Numbered from the stretch's first letter, positions 9,936 to 20,398 are shown. The stretch: DNA of 64,000 nucleotides from Spirochaetota bacterium (GCA_025457915.1 JALOTL010000005.1:68852-132851); one strand, 5' to 3'. Program-made: numbers and translations. Notes: a model not told the origin generated them from the sequence alone.

Positions 9936-11342
9936 ATGCTACAGCAGCAAGTAAAAATAATAAAAAAGATCATCATCTTTATTGACCAGGTGATCATCGC
10001 CATTTCTTTTTTTCTCGGTTGCAGATTAATTGAAATAATCCGCGACGTGGAATTGTTGGACTCATATTTTTATCTGTTAGTATTCATACTGCCCATATGG
10101 AGCCTCCTGCTTATCTTTTACGGCATGTACGATTCTCTCAGGAACATGCGTATTCATGAAATAATAATAATAATCGCCAAGGCCGGAATAACCGGCATCC
10201 TTTTTTTTGGGGGAGTCGCCTATCTGTTTAAAATCCAGGATATAAGCAGAATTCTTATATCGGTTATTTTTTTTATTACAGGCGGTCTTCTTTTTATACT
10301 TAAAATCCTTGAGGGCATATATTTCAAGTATACGAGAAGAAAAGGATACAACCTCAGAAATCTGCTGGTTGTCGGTGCAAACAGCAGGGTTAAAAGATTC
10401 ATAGAACTTATACATGAACACTCCGAGTGGGGATTCAAAATCATCGGGCTCATCGATGATGACCAGGGAAAGAAGGGCTCGTTGTACAGGGATTACACGA
10501 TCCTCGGAACACTCGATGACATGCCTGACCTTATTAAAAAAAATCTGATCAGCGAAGTGGTTTTTATCGTGCCAAGGTCGTGGCTCGGTAAAATTGAAAA
10601 GGCGATTATTTATTGCGAGATGGTCGGGATCAAGGTCCATCTCGCCATTGACCATTTTGATTTAAAAATTTCGAGGGCGTTTTTTTCAAACCTTCAGGAG
10701 TTTCCCCTGATAACCTTCAACAGCACCCCCGACAGGATGGCGCTTTTGTTTTTTAAAAGGTTCCTTGATATTATTTTATCGGGTGTCGCCCTGTTTTTGC
10801 TGTTTCCAATGCTGATAGTCATTTCAATAATAATAAAACTGGCTTCATCCGGCCCGGTTTTTTACAAACAAAAAAGATGCGGGATGTACGGGAAACTGTT
10901 CATGCTTTATAAATTCAGGACAATGGTCGACGGGGCCGACAAAAAACTGAAGGAGCTTTTACAGCACAACGAAATGAGCGGCCCTGCCTTCAAGATGACT
11001 AACGATCCGAGAATTACGATGATCGGGGGATTATTAAGAAAATACAGTCTCGATGAATTGCCGCAGCTATGGAATATTTTCAGGGGAGACATGAGCATAG
11101 TGGGCCCAAGGCCCCCACTTTTTGAAGAGGTAAATGAATATGACTGCTGGCAGAGAAGGAGATTAAGCGTTAGACCCGGATTGACGTGTATCTGGCAGGT
11201 GAGCGGCAGAAATAAAATAACTGATTTTTCCGAATGGGCCAGGCTCGATCTTGAATACATAGATAACTGGTCGCTCTGGCTGGATTTTAAAATCATGCTG
11301 AAGACAATCCCTGCTGTTATATTGGGGGTCGGTGCCAAATAG
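9936..11342 (+). CDS. Priming polyprenyl-phosphate glycosylphosphotransferase (WcaJ/WbaP family)
   Basis: N-terminal TMs, CoA-binding-like domain, KRFLDI, KFRTM, DPRIT..G..LRKYSLDELPQL, VGPRP, RPGLTC.WQVSGRN. Confidence 0.93.
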   Translation: MLQQQVKIIKKIIIFIDQVIIAISFFLGCRLIEIIRDVELLDSYFYLLVFILPIWSLLLIFYGMYDSLRNMRIHEIIIIIAKAGITGILFFGGVAYLFKIQDISRILISVIFFITGGLLFILKILEGIYFKYTRRKGYNLRNLLVVGANSRVKRFIELIHEHSEWGFKIIGLIDDDQGKKGSLYRDYTILGTLDDMPDLIKKNLISEVVFIVPRSWLGKIEKAIIYCEMVGIKVHLAIDHFDLKISRAFFSNLQEFPLITFNSTPDRMALLFFKRFLDIILSGVALFLLFPMLIVISIIIKLASSGPVFYKQKRCGMYGKLFMLYKFRTMVDGADKKLKELLQHNEMSGPAFKMTNDPRITMIGGLLRKYSLDELPQLWNIFRGDMSIVGPRPPLFEEVNEYDCWQRRRLSVRPGLTCIWQVSGRNKITDFSEWARLDLEYIDNWSLWLDFKIMLKTIPAVILGVGAK

Positions 11343-11548
11343 CAATTATTGCAATTGATAAAATATATCGCCGCCCATTTTTAAACGGCTGCGGCAGATG
11401 CTTCATTGATTCTGGAAAAAAATATTCTGACGCGTGCCACTCCTTGCCTGCGAGTGCTTGCCGGCCGGCCCGAATGAATTCAGAAAAACGATTTATTGCC
11501 AAAGTGGTGCCAGTCATTTGCGGATCAAATATAGAATATATCAATTAT

Positions 11549-11655
11549 AGGCACCTCTATAAATTAGATTCTTCATTAAAACCGTTGAAAAAATCTAATT
11601 TATACATTGAAGGTGCCTGCAGGGGAACATCCTGATTTGATTATTAGAGGTTACC
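11549..11655. mobile_element. MITE-like element, copy 1 (107 bp)
   Basis: Imperfect terminal IRs (AGGCACCTCTA / TAGAGGTTACC), TTAT on both flanks; homologous to 29451-29673. Confidence 0.65.
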
Positions 11656-11868
11656 TTATATTCATTAAACAGGATGGATTTTTGACATCATTTTTTTAGC
11701 GCCTGCCATCCATCCAATAGGATCGGACAGTTCGGCGCCTGGCAAGATGGGATTAAACAGAGACGATTCCTTTTTTGATTTAAACCCTACAATAAATCCC
11801 GCGGTAGGGGACGGGACTTGCGTTATTACACCGGTAAAAAAACCGGCAAACAATTATGGATATTGCGG

Positions 11869-13284
11869 ATGGGAACTACTAAACTGGTATTGAAAAACAC
11901 GATTGCAATGGGCGTTAATAAAATATCAATGCCTTTATTTACGTTCCTTTTGATCATATATATTGCAAAGTTCAGGAACGTTGAGCTTCTCGGACAGTAT
12001 TCTCTTGTAACGGTTTATTATATGATCCTGCAGATTCTCCCGTTTCTCGGCCTTGCGCCGCTGGTTGTCAGGGAAATGTCCAAACGGCCGTACGAGAGAG
12101 ACCTGTATCTGTCTAACCTGTCCCTGCTCGTAATCATTTCTTCCGTGGTTCTCATGCTTCCTCTCTGGCTGATGATCGCTTATTTCGATTATCCATACGA
12201 GGTCAATCTCTCGATTTTCGTTGTGTGTCTTTCTGTTCTTCCAAATAGCCTGGCTTACGTCTGCGAGTCCGCGTTCATTGCCGCAGAAAAAATGGAGTAT
12301 ATCGCCGTAATAATTTTTATTGAAAATTTAATCAGGGTACTGATCAGCATTTATCTGCTTCACGAGGGTTACGGTTTGAAGGACCTTTTCATAGTCCTTC
12401 TTTTTTCGAAGATCGCTGTCTTTTCGGTTTATTTTTGTCTATTAAACAGGGCCCTTGGAAGATTCAGGTTCATTTTTAACAGGGAAAAGATATCCGATCT
12501 GCTCAGGCATGCCAGTATTTTTTTTCCATCGACGATTCTTTTTTTGATTTTCAGCAGGGGGGACCAGATCCTACTGTCCAAATTGACGTCATTTAAAAGC
12601 CTGGGGTATTATACTGCCGCATACAGGATAATCGAGGCTGTTTCATTATTATCTTCCTCGATAATCGTAGCGAGTGCGCCTACCATATCGCGTTTTTACC
12701 ACAAGTCGCTACAATCATTCATCGAGCTATGCAGAATCGAAATGAAATACATTATACTCATCCTGTGTCCGGCAATGGTTTATCTTTTTTTCTTTTCCGA
12801 GTGGATAATAAGGATTTTATACAGCAGTGCCTACCAGGCTTCCATCCCGGTACTGAAGATACTTGCTTTCTCGGTGCTTTTTTCGATCATGGATCAATTC
12901 TTTTCCATAATACTGATCAGCTCTGATAACCAGAAAAACGACCTCAAGGCTTCCATTGCCGGATCTGCGACGTATCTCGTTTTACTGTACATATTGATAT
13001 ATAAATGGGACATTGTGGGATCGGCAGTGGCGACCCTTTCGGCGCTGGTTTTTCAGTCTGTCGTCAGATATATCTTTATTTTCAAAAATATAAGCGGGAT
13101 GAAAATAATAACCGGTCTGTTTAAGCCGGTATTCTGCGCCGCTGTTATGTTTTTGAGTTTTTATTGTTTATACGGTTATGGATATCCTGTCGCCATAGCG
13201 GCATCGGCAGTGGTTTACGTTTCGATGCTGTTTATTTTAAGAATCATATCTTTTAAGGAATTTTCGGCTTTATACGCAAAATAA
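11869..13284 (+). CDS. wzx: Wzx flippase (MOP family)
   Basis: 12-14 TM pattern, KNT..., LG.YS, RE motif, D.ILL...LGYYTAAYRI; probable start ATG 11869. Confidence 0.88.
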   Translation: MGTTKLVLKNTIAMGVNKISMPLFTFLLIIYIAKFRNVELLGQYSLVTVYYMILQILPFLGLAPLVVREMSKRPYERDLYLSNLSLLVIISSVVLMLPLWLMIAYFDYPYEVNLSIFVVCLSVLPNSLAYVCESAFIAAEKMEYIAVIIFIENLIRVLISIYLLHEGYGLKDLFIVLLFSKIAVFSVYFCLLNRALGRFRFIFNREKISDLLRHASIFFPSTILFLIFSRGDQILLSKLTSFKSLGYYTAAYRIIEAVSLLSSSIIVASAPTISRFYHKSLQSFIELCRIEMKYIILILCPAMVYLFFFSEWIIRILYSSAYQASIPVLKILAFSVLFSIMDQFFSIILISSDNQKNDLKASIAGSATYLVLLYILIYKWDIVGSAVATLSALVFQSVVRYIFIFKNISGMKIITGLFKPVFCAAVMFLSFYCLYGYGYPVAIAASAVVYVSMLFILRIISFKEFSALYAK

Positions 13285-13285
13285 T

Positions 13286-14452
13286 ATGAAAACGGATTCT
13301 TTTCGTCATACAATAGAACTTATCAGATCGGATGCAGGAAGGTGTTCTGATGCCGGGAACCGGACCCGCCGGGGTTTCCTTTTTATCATCACAAGGACGA
13401 ATCTTCTTGCGGTAGCCCTATACAGGGTGTCGCATTATTTTCATGTTAAAAATCATCCGGCTATGGCAAGGTGCCTGCAGTCTTTAAATTCTTTTTTAAC
13501 CAAGGCGTCAATAGATTATGAAAGCAAAATAGGTTCTGGTTTATACATGGAATCCGCGGTTTTTTCATTTTTAAGCGGCAATATCGGCTGCAATGCTACA
13601 ATCGGGATGCAATCAGGCGTTTTTAAAATTGGCCGCTCATGTCCGGATATAGGGGATAACGTGATATTGGAATCAAGGGCTGTCGTCGGCGGATCGGCCG
13701 TAATCCCTTCCAATAAAACAATAAAGGGCGGCACGCAGATCGTGGATCATGCCAAAAAAGGCGATTATCGGTCCCGCAATGTGAAACCCGGAAAGTCAAT
13801 GAATTCATCAATTTCCCTGAATACTCAATCAAATTCAGACATGCCGGATCATGGATCAATGAGTATTTCCGCGACCTTCAGTCTCATCTACTCGGACGTG
13901 CAAAGATACGCGGAATACATCCGGCCACCTGTTGAAAAATTATCCTTTTTAAGAACGATGAAGATCCTTCTGCTGCCGAACGTCCTGGCGGTCGCCCTTT
14001 ACAGGCTTTCAAGGTATTTTTATCTGAAAAAACGTTCCATGATCTCAAGGATTATATGGAACACGTCATTATTTTTAACCGGCGCCGACATCAATCCTAT
14101 CAGCGATATAGGAAAGAGATTCCTCCTGGTCCATTCAGCTGGCACGATAATTGTCGGCAGGCTCGGTGAAAATTGCATTGTATACGCTCAATCCGGGATA
14201 GGCAAACTCAATAGCGATCTTGATATCGGCGCGGGACCGGGTCTGCCCTGGATAGGAGATAACGTGAGCATCGCGGGCAGGGCGGCAATAGCCGGCCCGG
14301 TCAGGATCGGCAATGGCGTTAAAATCGCGCCGTTTTCATACGTGATATCCGATGTTCCTGATGATGTACTGGTCTCCGGCATACCGGCCGGTATCATAAG
14401 GGCCAAAAAAGGCCGGAAGAATAACCAGAGAAAACTGAAAAGCGGTAAATGA
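13286..14452 (+). CDS. Tandem-duplicated serine-acetyltransferase-like (CysE/WcaB, LbH) protein
   Basis: Two repeats of SD..R...LAVALYR.S.YF followed by hexapeptide repeats (IGDNV). Confidence 0.8.
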   Translation: MKTDSFRHTIELIRSDAGRCSDAGNRTRRGFLFIITRTNLLAVALYRVSHYFHVKNHPAMARCLQSLNSFLTKASIDYESKIGSGLYMESAVFSFLSGNIGCNATIGMQSGVFKIGRSCPDIGDNVILESRAVVGGSAVIPSNKTIKGGTQIVDHAKKGDYRSRNVKPGKSMNSSISLNTQSNSDMPDHGSMSISATFSLIYSDVQRYAEYIRPPVEKLSFLRTMKILLLPNVLAVALYRLSRYFYLKKRSMISRIIWNTSLFLTGADINPISDIGKRFLLVHSAGTIIVGRLGENCIVYAQSGIGKLNSDLDIGAGPGLPWIGDNVSIAGRAAIAGPVRIGNGVKIAPFSYVISDVPDDVLVSGIPAGIIRAKKGRKNNQRKLKSGK

Positions 14453-15714
14453 AGCGATCGGATCGATTATTACTTTTTTTCTTTTTTCTCATAATTTTTT
14501 ATGCAGGATATGGTACGGCCTTATCCAAGGAAATTGACGTGATTCTGGGATCCGGGATGGAATACAGCGATAATATATTTAATTCATACCTGAACAAGAA
14601 AAGCGACGTCATTACGACAATGAACACGCAGGTAAACGCATATCTGAACAGGCTCCATTATCAGCTTATGGTCAATTCCGGGTTCGATTATCAGTTTTTC
14701 TGGAATCATCCGGGAATAAATAATCTGAACGCCAGAGGCAGCCTTTTATTCAAGTATGACATCAACAGCACGAGCCATTTGAAGATCGCGGACAACCTGA
14801 TGTACGCGAAGCAGCAGACCCGGATTGAAGAACAGATGGGCGTTGTAACCGGAAGGAACAGGTTTATTTCAAATAACTTTTCCCCGAAAATCAATTGGGG
14901 GTTCACTGAAAAAATATCTGCAGAGTTTTCTTATGCGAATGAACTGTTCGATTCAAAAGACATCAATCTCTACAGCAGTTACATGAATCAGGGCGGGTGC
15001 AAAATCAATTATGATTTTAAGAATTTCGGCAAGGAGAAGGACAACGTATATCTCGGATATAACTACATGAGAAGGACTTTCAGGAATTTCGATGATATAA
15101 ACGGGGACGATATTCTCGCGGGGAACGGCCAGGTGATCTATAAAAGCTATATGAATCTGAGATACCATGATTATGGCGAAGTAGAAATGCATACGGTCAC
15201 CTTCGGCGGGGGCATGGTTTTTTTCAAACAACTTACCGTGAGTCCGAGTATAAACGCCCAGTCGGGAATAAAGATCAACAAGAAGAATTTTTCTGATCTT
15301 GGTGCGGCAATAAAGTTTAGCTATACCATGAACGAAATGACGTCATTCAGCATCATGTATGAAAAAAGGAGGGACATAAATTCCTTCGTCAATTATGTAT
15401 ACGGTTATAACATGGTAAATATTTCCGCAACAAGATGGCTTGACAAAAAGACACTAATCTCGTTGATTTTGTTTTTGAGCAATGTCAAGTATGAGGGGAT
15501 CAGGTTCTCCAACCTGTTGCAGAAATATTCCGTCGAAATGTCCCATGATTTCACTGAAGACCTTAAGGTTAAGCTCGCGTATTATCTGGAAGTCGTAAAT
15601 TCCAGAAATTACGGTCTGTACATGAGTACAACCGATATAATAAGGTACAAGGGCCAGGTGGACAACCGGTATCTGAAAAACACTGTATCTTTGGAAGTCT
15701 CTTATAAAATTTAA
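14449..15714 (+). CDS. Outer-membrane beta-barrel associated with polysaccharide export
   Basis: Signal peptide, EYSDNIF..KSD N-terminal motif, Tyr/Asn-rich amphipathic strands, C-terminal VSLEVSYKI; adjacent to OPX. Confidence 0.75.
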   Translation: MKRSDRLLLFFFFLIIFYAGYGTALSKEIDVILGSGMEYSDNIFNSYLNKKSDVITTMNTQVNAYLNRLHYQLMVNSGFDYQFFWNHPGINNLNARGSLLFKYDINSTSHLKIADNLMYAKQQTRIEEQMGVVTGRNRFISNNFSPKINWGFTEKISAEFSYANELFDSKDINLYSSYMNQGGCKINYDFKNFGKEKDNVYLGYNYMRRTFRNFDDINGDDILAGNGQVIYKSYMNLRYHDYGEVEMHTVTFGGGMVFFKQLTVSPSINAQSGIKINKKNFSDLGAAIKFSYTMNEMTSFSIMYEKRRDINSFVNYVYGYNMVNISATRWLDKKTLISLILFLSNVKYEGIRFSNLLQKYSVEMSHDFTEDLKVKLAYYLEVVNSRNYGLYMSTTDIIRYKGQVDNRYLKNTVSLEVSYKI

Positions 15715-15731
15715 TTTTCCCGGGTGATCAT

Positions 15732-16292
15732 ATGAAATCAAAATCCAGGTTAATGCTGACGGTATTGTTAATTATCGCCTTTTCGGCCGTTCTGAACGCC
15801 ACGGAAGACTACATCGTCGGATCGGAGGACATGATAGAGGTCCTCGTGCTGGATCACCCTGAATTCAACAGCGTCAGCACCGTCACTCCCAACGGAAATA
15901 TTCATGTTTCGCTCCTGGGTTCGATCAAGGTCGCCGGGATGTCGGTAAGGGAGATAAAGGACAGGATAACGCAGCTTCTCATGCGGGATTATCTGAAAAA
16001 CGCTTTCGTCACGGTCAACGTCAAGGAATCCAGGAGCAGAAAATTTTATATATACGGAGAGGTGGTCCATCCCGGAGCGTATGTCATGAAAGACAACATG
16101 ACTCTCCTGAGGGGAATTTCAATGGCGGGCGGCCTCAACAAGTTCGCTTCGCCCAGGATAAAAGTTTTCAGGCAGGAAAACAATAAAAACACCATAATCA
16201 AAATCAATGTCGACAGGATCATAAGCGGGAAGGATACGGACATCATCATTCAGTCCGGCGACGTTATAATTATCGAGGAAAAGATTTTCTAG
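15732..16292 (+). CDS. wza: Short OPX polysaccharide export protein (Poly_export + SLBB)
   Basis: YIVGSEDMIEV, V.PNGNI...LG.IKVAG, GEVVHPGAY, AGGL, GDVI; 186 aa, no lipobox Cys. Confidence 0.88.
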   Translation: MKSKSRLMLTVLLIIAFSAVLNATEDYIVGSEDMIEVLVLDHPEFNSVSTVTPNGNIHVSLLGSIKVAGMSVREIKDRITQLLMRDYLKNAFVTVNVKESRSRKFYIYGEVVHPGAYVMKDNMTLLRGISMAGGLNKFASPRIKVFRQENNKNTIIKINVDRIISGKDTDIIIQSGDVIIIEEKIF

Positions 16293-16372
16293 GGATGATC
16301 AAGCAGTCAAGCGTTGTCCGGCATGTTTCATGATGTTGGAATAATCATATAATTAATCAGCCAGGGTGCCGA

Positions 16373-17980
16373 ATGGATTTAAATTTTAAAAACAAGACTT
16401 TTTCTGATTATCTGAGGATAGTTTTCGACAGGGGTTACCTGATAATAATCCTGTTTTTACTTACGGAGACGGCGATTTTTTTTCAGAATATTATGATTCT
16501 GCCGAAATATGAATCCACCGTAAAATTGCAGGTCGTCGCGCAAAAGGAAAAAGAAATAACGCTGTCGAAAGAAACATGGTATCTCAGGGGGACCATAGAT
16601 ATCGCCAGGACTCAGATTGAACTGGTCACCAACGACAGCATTATTAGGGAGGTGGTCAAGCTCCTGAATCTCGATGTCAGAAAACGGCCCAGGGACCTCA
16701 TGAGTTTTATTTTCGAGATAATCGAGGATATCGGGGATTTTTATTACTTCGTCGAGGACTGGGTCAAAGAGAACATACTTAACAAGAAAGTGACCAGGGG
16801 CCCTAAACCGAGCGCGTTTGTCAGGGAAGTCGAGAGGATCAAGGACAAGAATCTCATAAAGGTAAACGCCCTTCCGGAGACGGATATAATTTCCATAAAA
16901 TCCACGGACTATGATCCGGTCATGGCCGCTAAAATGGCCAATTCGGTGGCGATATGCTACATCATACAGGACATGAAGAACCAGCTTTTCGATCTTACCC
17001 GGATTTACAGGAGCAAGCATCCAAAGATAGTTGAATTGAACAGCAATATCTGGGAAACCTACGCAAAGCTAGGCAATATAGCGCAAAACAAGGATATCGA
17101 AATTCACATGCCTGGGAACATCAAAATTGTGGAAAAGGCATTCCCTTCACTTAAACCCGTGTCGCCCAAGAAAGTGCTGAACCTTTCTCTCGGCGCCGCG
17201 ATAAGCATTTTCTGTGGCCTGTTCCTCTGCTTTCTGATCGACTTTATTGATCAGACCGTAAAACACGCAGATGATATTGAGAGATACCTGAAAGTATCCT
17301 CTCTCGGATCGATACCCGTCATAAAAAAGAACGAGATGAAAAAAGGGAATTACATATACGACAGGGAGTTTTTTTCAAACATCGGCATCGAGGTATATAC
17401 CCATGCAAGAAAAGAGAACCGTTCAAAACTCCTGATAACAAGTACGGGTCCGGAGGAGGGGAAATCACTTCTCGCCTACAACCTCGCGTCGGTTTTTTCA
17501 AAAAAGATGCGCCTTAAGGTCGCGCTGGTTGATATTAATTTCGTCAACCCCAGGCTGCATGTCCTGTTCAACACCGATAACTCCGTTGGCCTCCTGGACT
17601 ATTTCAGGAATGAAAAAACCCCTGATGAGATATTGAAAAAGACTCACATGGAAAATGTTTTTCTATTGCCTTGCGGAATACCTTCCTTTGATCCCCATGT
17701 TATCGTTCCTCACAAGGAGGTAAAAAAGCTCCTTGCCTTTCTAGAGAAGAAATTCGATTATATAATAATTGATGGCTCTTCTTTCGATGAATTTTTTTCC
17801 CTGATTCCTTTCGCCCAGGAAGCAGACAGCATCATACTGGCCATACGTTCCGGTTTTATAAGAAAGCATTCCATCGAGAGGTTTATAAATATTCTTAGAA
17901 AATACGATCTGAATATTCTCGGGGCGGTTATGACCTTTAGAAAATACAACATACCCGGTTTTATTTACAAGCGGGTTTAA
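16373..17980 (+). CDS. wzc: Polysaccharide co-polymerase with fused BY-kinase-like domain
   Basis: PKYEST, P..PVSPK-TM, Walker A TSTGPEEGKS, FDYIIID. Confidence 0.85.
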   Translation: MDLNFKNKTFSDYLRIVFDRGYLIIILFLLTETAIFFQNIMILPKYESTVKLQVVAQKEKEITLSKETWYLRGTIDIARTQIELVTNDSIIREVVKLLNLDVRKRPRDLMSFIFEIIEDIGDFYYFVEDWVKENILNKKVTRGPKPSAFVREVERIKDKNLIKVNALPETDIISIKSTDYDPVMAAKMANSVAICYIIQDMKNQLFDLTRIYRSKHPKIVELNSNIWETYAKLGNIAQNKDIEIHMPGNIKIVEKAFPSLKPVSPKKVLNLSLGAAISIFCGLFLCFLIDFIDQTVKHADDIERYLKVSSLGSIPVIKKNEMKKGNYIYDREFFSNIGIEVYTHARKENRSKLLITSTGPEEGKSLLAYNLASVFSKKMRLKVALVDINFVNPRLHVLFNTDNSVGLLDYFRNEKTPDEILKKTHMENVFLLPCGIPSFDPHVIVPHKEVKKLLAFLEKKFDYIIIDGSSFDEFFSLIPFAQEADSIILAIRSGFIRKHSIERFINILRKYDLNILGAVMTFRKYNIPGFIYKRV

Positions 17981-17993
17981 GGGTATCCGGTCC

Positions 17994-19523
17994 GTGTTAT
18001 TCTTTAATCGCAATAAAAGAACAGTGCCTATTGCTGAATACTTTCTCGTGCTGCTGTTCGCCGTCCTGATTTCGGTCGGAGTGGTCGTCCTGACGCCGGT
18101 TTCATTGAAGTACGTCCTAGCCATAATCCCGGTGCTTATGGGAATGGTCATCGTTCCGCTGTACCCGGAATCGGTATACTACGGCCTTCTGACGATCATA
18201 CTGGTTTTCGAGGAATATCCCGCTGAAATCGTGGAGAGCATGAGATGGCAGAGAACGGCCATATATTCCCAGTCGATTTTCATAAAGGGAATATATCTCC
18301 TGGACGCGATATTGCTTTTTCTCGTGGCATACTTAATGATCAAGATTTTTTTGAAGGAAAAAGACCTGTCCATATTAAAGAAGAATAAATTTATAGTGCC
18401 GATCATTATTTTGATATTCATCATATTGCTTTCAATACTTGTTTCCCTGATGGAAAATCCGAACTTCATGCAGGAGATTTACGATATAAGCAAGATAGGT
18501 TTTTACATGACCAAGGAAGCGGCGAACATGATATCCTTCCTGCAGATCAAGGTTTTCTTTTATTTTGTCGTAACTTTTCTAATAACGATTTTCATCCTGG
18601 ATTCAAAGGAGAAAGTCGTCCGGGCCATCTATTTCATAATGATAGCGGCGGCGGTCCACGTGGCCAGAGGGGTGGCCAGGTTTGCCGGAAGGATGTCGGA
18701 ATTCCTGAACAACATAGCGCCGCTTTTTTCAGATACGGCTTCCAGTTTTTTCTTTTCGATGCTGATATTTTTTCTGCTGTCGATGCTTTTATTCGATGTT
18801 ATTAAAATGAATTACCAGCGTCTTATAGCTTTAGGATTCATACTTCTGTCGGCGTTGTGCATAGTGGTTTCCTTCAGGAGGACTGTTTGGGCCGGTTTCC
18901 TGCTTTCGGCGGTTTTATATTTTCTTGTGCTTCCAAAGGACAAGAAGTTCATACTGTTTATGTCGTTGAGTTCATTGACGTTTATTCTTCTGATAGCCCT
19001 TGTGCTGTCCGGAGGACTTGACATAATAATCAGGGCAATAGAAGGCAGGTTGCAGCAGACTTCGATGGTCGACATCTCATCGCTGGTCAGGTACAGCCTT
19101 TATATGGATATGGCCTGGAGGGTTTTTACTCTGCCTCCCCTGGGGTACGGCATATTGCCCCTGTGGAATTTCACGCTTGAGATGCCATACTCGCTGGCGT
19201 TCAACCTTGAAAACATACACAGCCTGTATTTCTGGCTAATGCTCAGGTTCGGGGTGATAAGCCTGCTTGTATTTTTCATTTTTTGCTACAGGTTTTTTAA
19301 ATACTCTTACATTGTTTTCAAAAAGAGCGATGACGGTCTTTTTAAGTCCGTGGGCCTGACTTTCGGGACGTCTTTTATCGTCATCCTTGTCAGCGGGGCT
19401 GCGCATCCGATTTACGGTGAAACAAGGTTTATGATTTTTCTGGGAATCATGACGGGCATACTTATGAATGTTCTATTAATAAATGAAGAGAGGGCAAAGG
19501 AAAATGAAAAAGGACTTGCTTGA
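17994..19523 (+). CDS. wzy: Wzy/O-antigen ligase-family polymerase
   Basis: Multi-TM, SFRRT.W, S..VR, PLGYG, HSLY....RFG motifs. Confidence 0.8.
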   Translation: MLFFNRNKRTVPIAEYFLVLLFAVLISVGVVVLTPVSLKYVLAIIPVLMGMVIVPLYPESVYYGLLTIILVFEEYPAEIVESMRWQRTAIYSQSIFIKGIYLLDAILLFLVAYLMIKIFLKEKDLSILKKNKFIVPIIILIFIILLSILVSLMENPNFMQEIYDISKIGFYMTKEAANMISFLQIKVFFYFVVTFLITIFILDSKEKVVRAIYFIMIAAAVHVARGVARFAGRMSEFLNNIAPLFSDTASSFFFSMLIFFLLSMLLFDVIKMNYQRLIALGFILLSALCIVVSFRRTVWAGFLLSAVLYFLVLPKDKKFILFMSLSSLTFILLIALVLSGGLDIIIRAIEGRLQQTSMVDISSLVRYSLYMDMAWRVFTLPPLGYGILPLWNFTLEMPYSLAFNLENIHSLYFWLMLRFGVISLLVFFIFCYRFFKYSYIVFKKSDDGLFKSVGLTFGTSFIVILVSGAAHPIYGETRFMIFLGIMTGILMNVLLINEERAKENEKGLA

Positions 19524-20382
19524 CATACTCGCCTGTCCTTCCTGCAAAAAAAAGATTGTATTGAAGGAGAATTTTTTCCGCTGCGGGTCGTGCAAGAAAA
19601 ATTTCGAGATGATAAACGGCGTCCCGGTGCTGATGACGGAAATTAAAAAAAAGAAATACGGCGGGATGATGAACAGCGATGAATCGAAAAAAATGATGTC
19701 CGAATACTACGGGAAAGAGGATTTCCTGGACAGGATGTCGAAGAAAATCCCTCTTCCGTTCCCGATGTACAATGCGCGTCCACAGTTCAAAAAAAGCATA
19801 TGGAATAAACTTTACGAATCAAGGAAGGAGCGGACCCTGGTGCTGAGCATCGGCGGCGGGCCTTCAAGAGACGACCATCGTGAAATAAATTTGAACATAG
19901 GGCTTTTCCCCAACGTGGATATAGTCGCCGATGGATACGAGGTGCCCATCCGTAGCGGAAGCGTCGACAGCGTAATCTGCAAGGCGGTGCTTGAACACGT
20001 TGAGTTTCCGGACAAGCTGATCAGGGAGATGCGCAGGGTCCTGAAAAAGGGGGGACACCTTTATGTCGAGGCCCCGTTCCTTTTTGTTTACCATTCCTAC
20101 CCGTCAGATTTTTTCAGGTACACGGTTACCGGCCTGGAGGCCCTCTGTTCTGATTTCAGTAAAATTGAAAGCGGCATTGTGCTCGGTCCGACGTCCTCGG
20201 TGCTGGAGATATTCATCACTTATATTTTACTTTTAGTTCCGAACATCAAGTTTTTAAAGAAAATGACCAGCGCTTTTTTCAGGATCATTCTATCGCCATT
20301 CAAATACCTGGACCTGCTTCTCAATAAAAAAGAAGGCGCCCATTCCCTCTCGGCGGGATTGTATTTTTTCGGTGCGAAATAG
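19504..20382 (+). CDS. Trm112-like Zn-ribbon fused to a class I SAM methyltransferase
   Basis: LDILACPSCK...CGSC...INGVPVLM; SIGGG, AVLEHV, RVLKKGG, HSYPSDFFRYT. Confidence 0.82.
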   Translation: MKKDLLDILACPSCKKKIVLKENFFRCGSCKKNFEMINGVPVLMTEIKKKKYGGMMNSDESKKMMSEYYGKEDFLDRMSKKIPLPFPMYNARPQFKKSIWNKLYESRKERTLVLSIGGGPSRDDHREINLNIGLFPNVDIVADGYEVPIRSGSVDSVICKAVLEHVEFPDKLIREMRRVLKKGGHLYVEAPFLFVYHSYPSDFFRYTVTGLEALCSDFSKIESGIVLGPTSSVLEIFITYILLLVPNIKFLKKMTSAFFRIILSPFKYLDLLLNKKEGAHSLSAGLYFFGAK

Positions 20383-20398
20383 ACGGGGGATCCGGCAT

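Noticed and set aside
11784-11820. GCGGTAG upstream of wzx resembling an ops/JUMPstart element, also CCCTAC...GTAGGG REP-like arms
   Set aside because: Only a partial match to GGCGGTAG, single copy, and no RfaH/NusG paralog or RAYT gene in the window.
11444-11853. Short ORFs 11444-11635 and 11665-11853 (also 29069-29263, 29458-29640)
   Set aside because: No SD or recognisable motifs; they overlap repeat or intergenic DNA.
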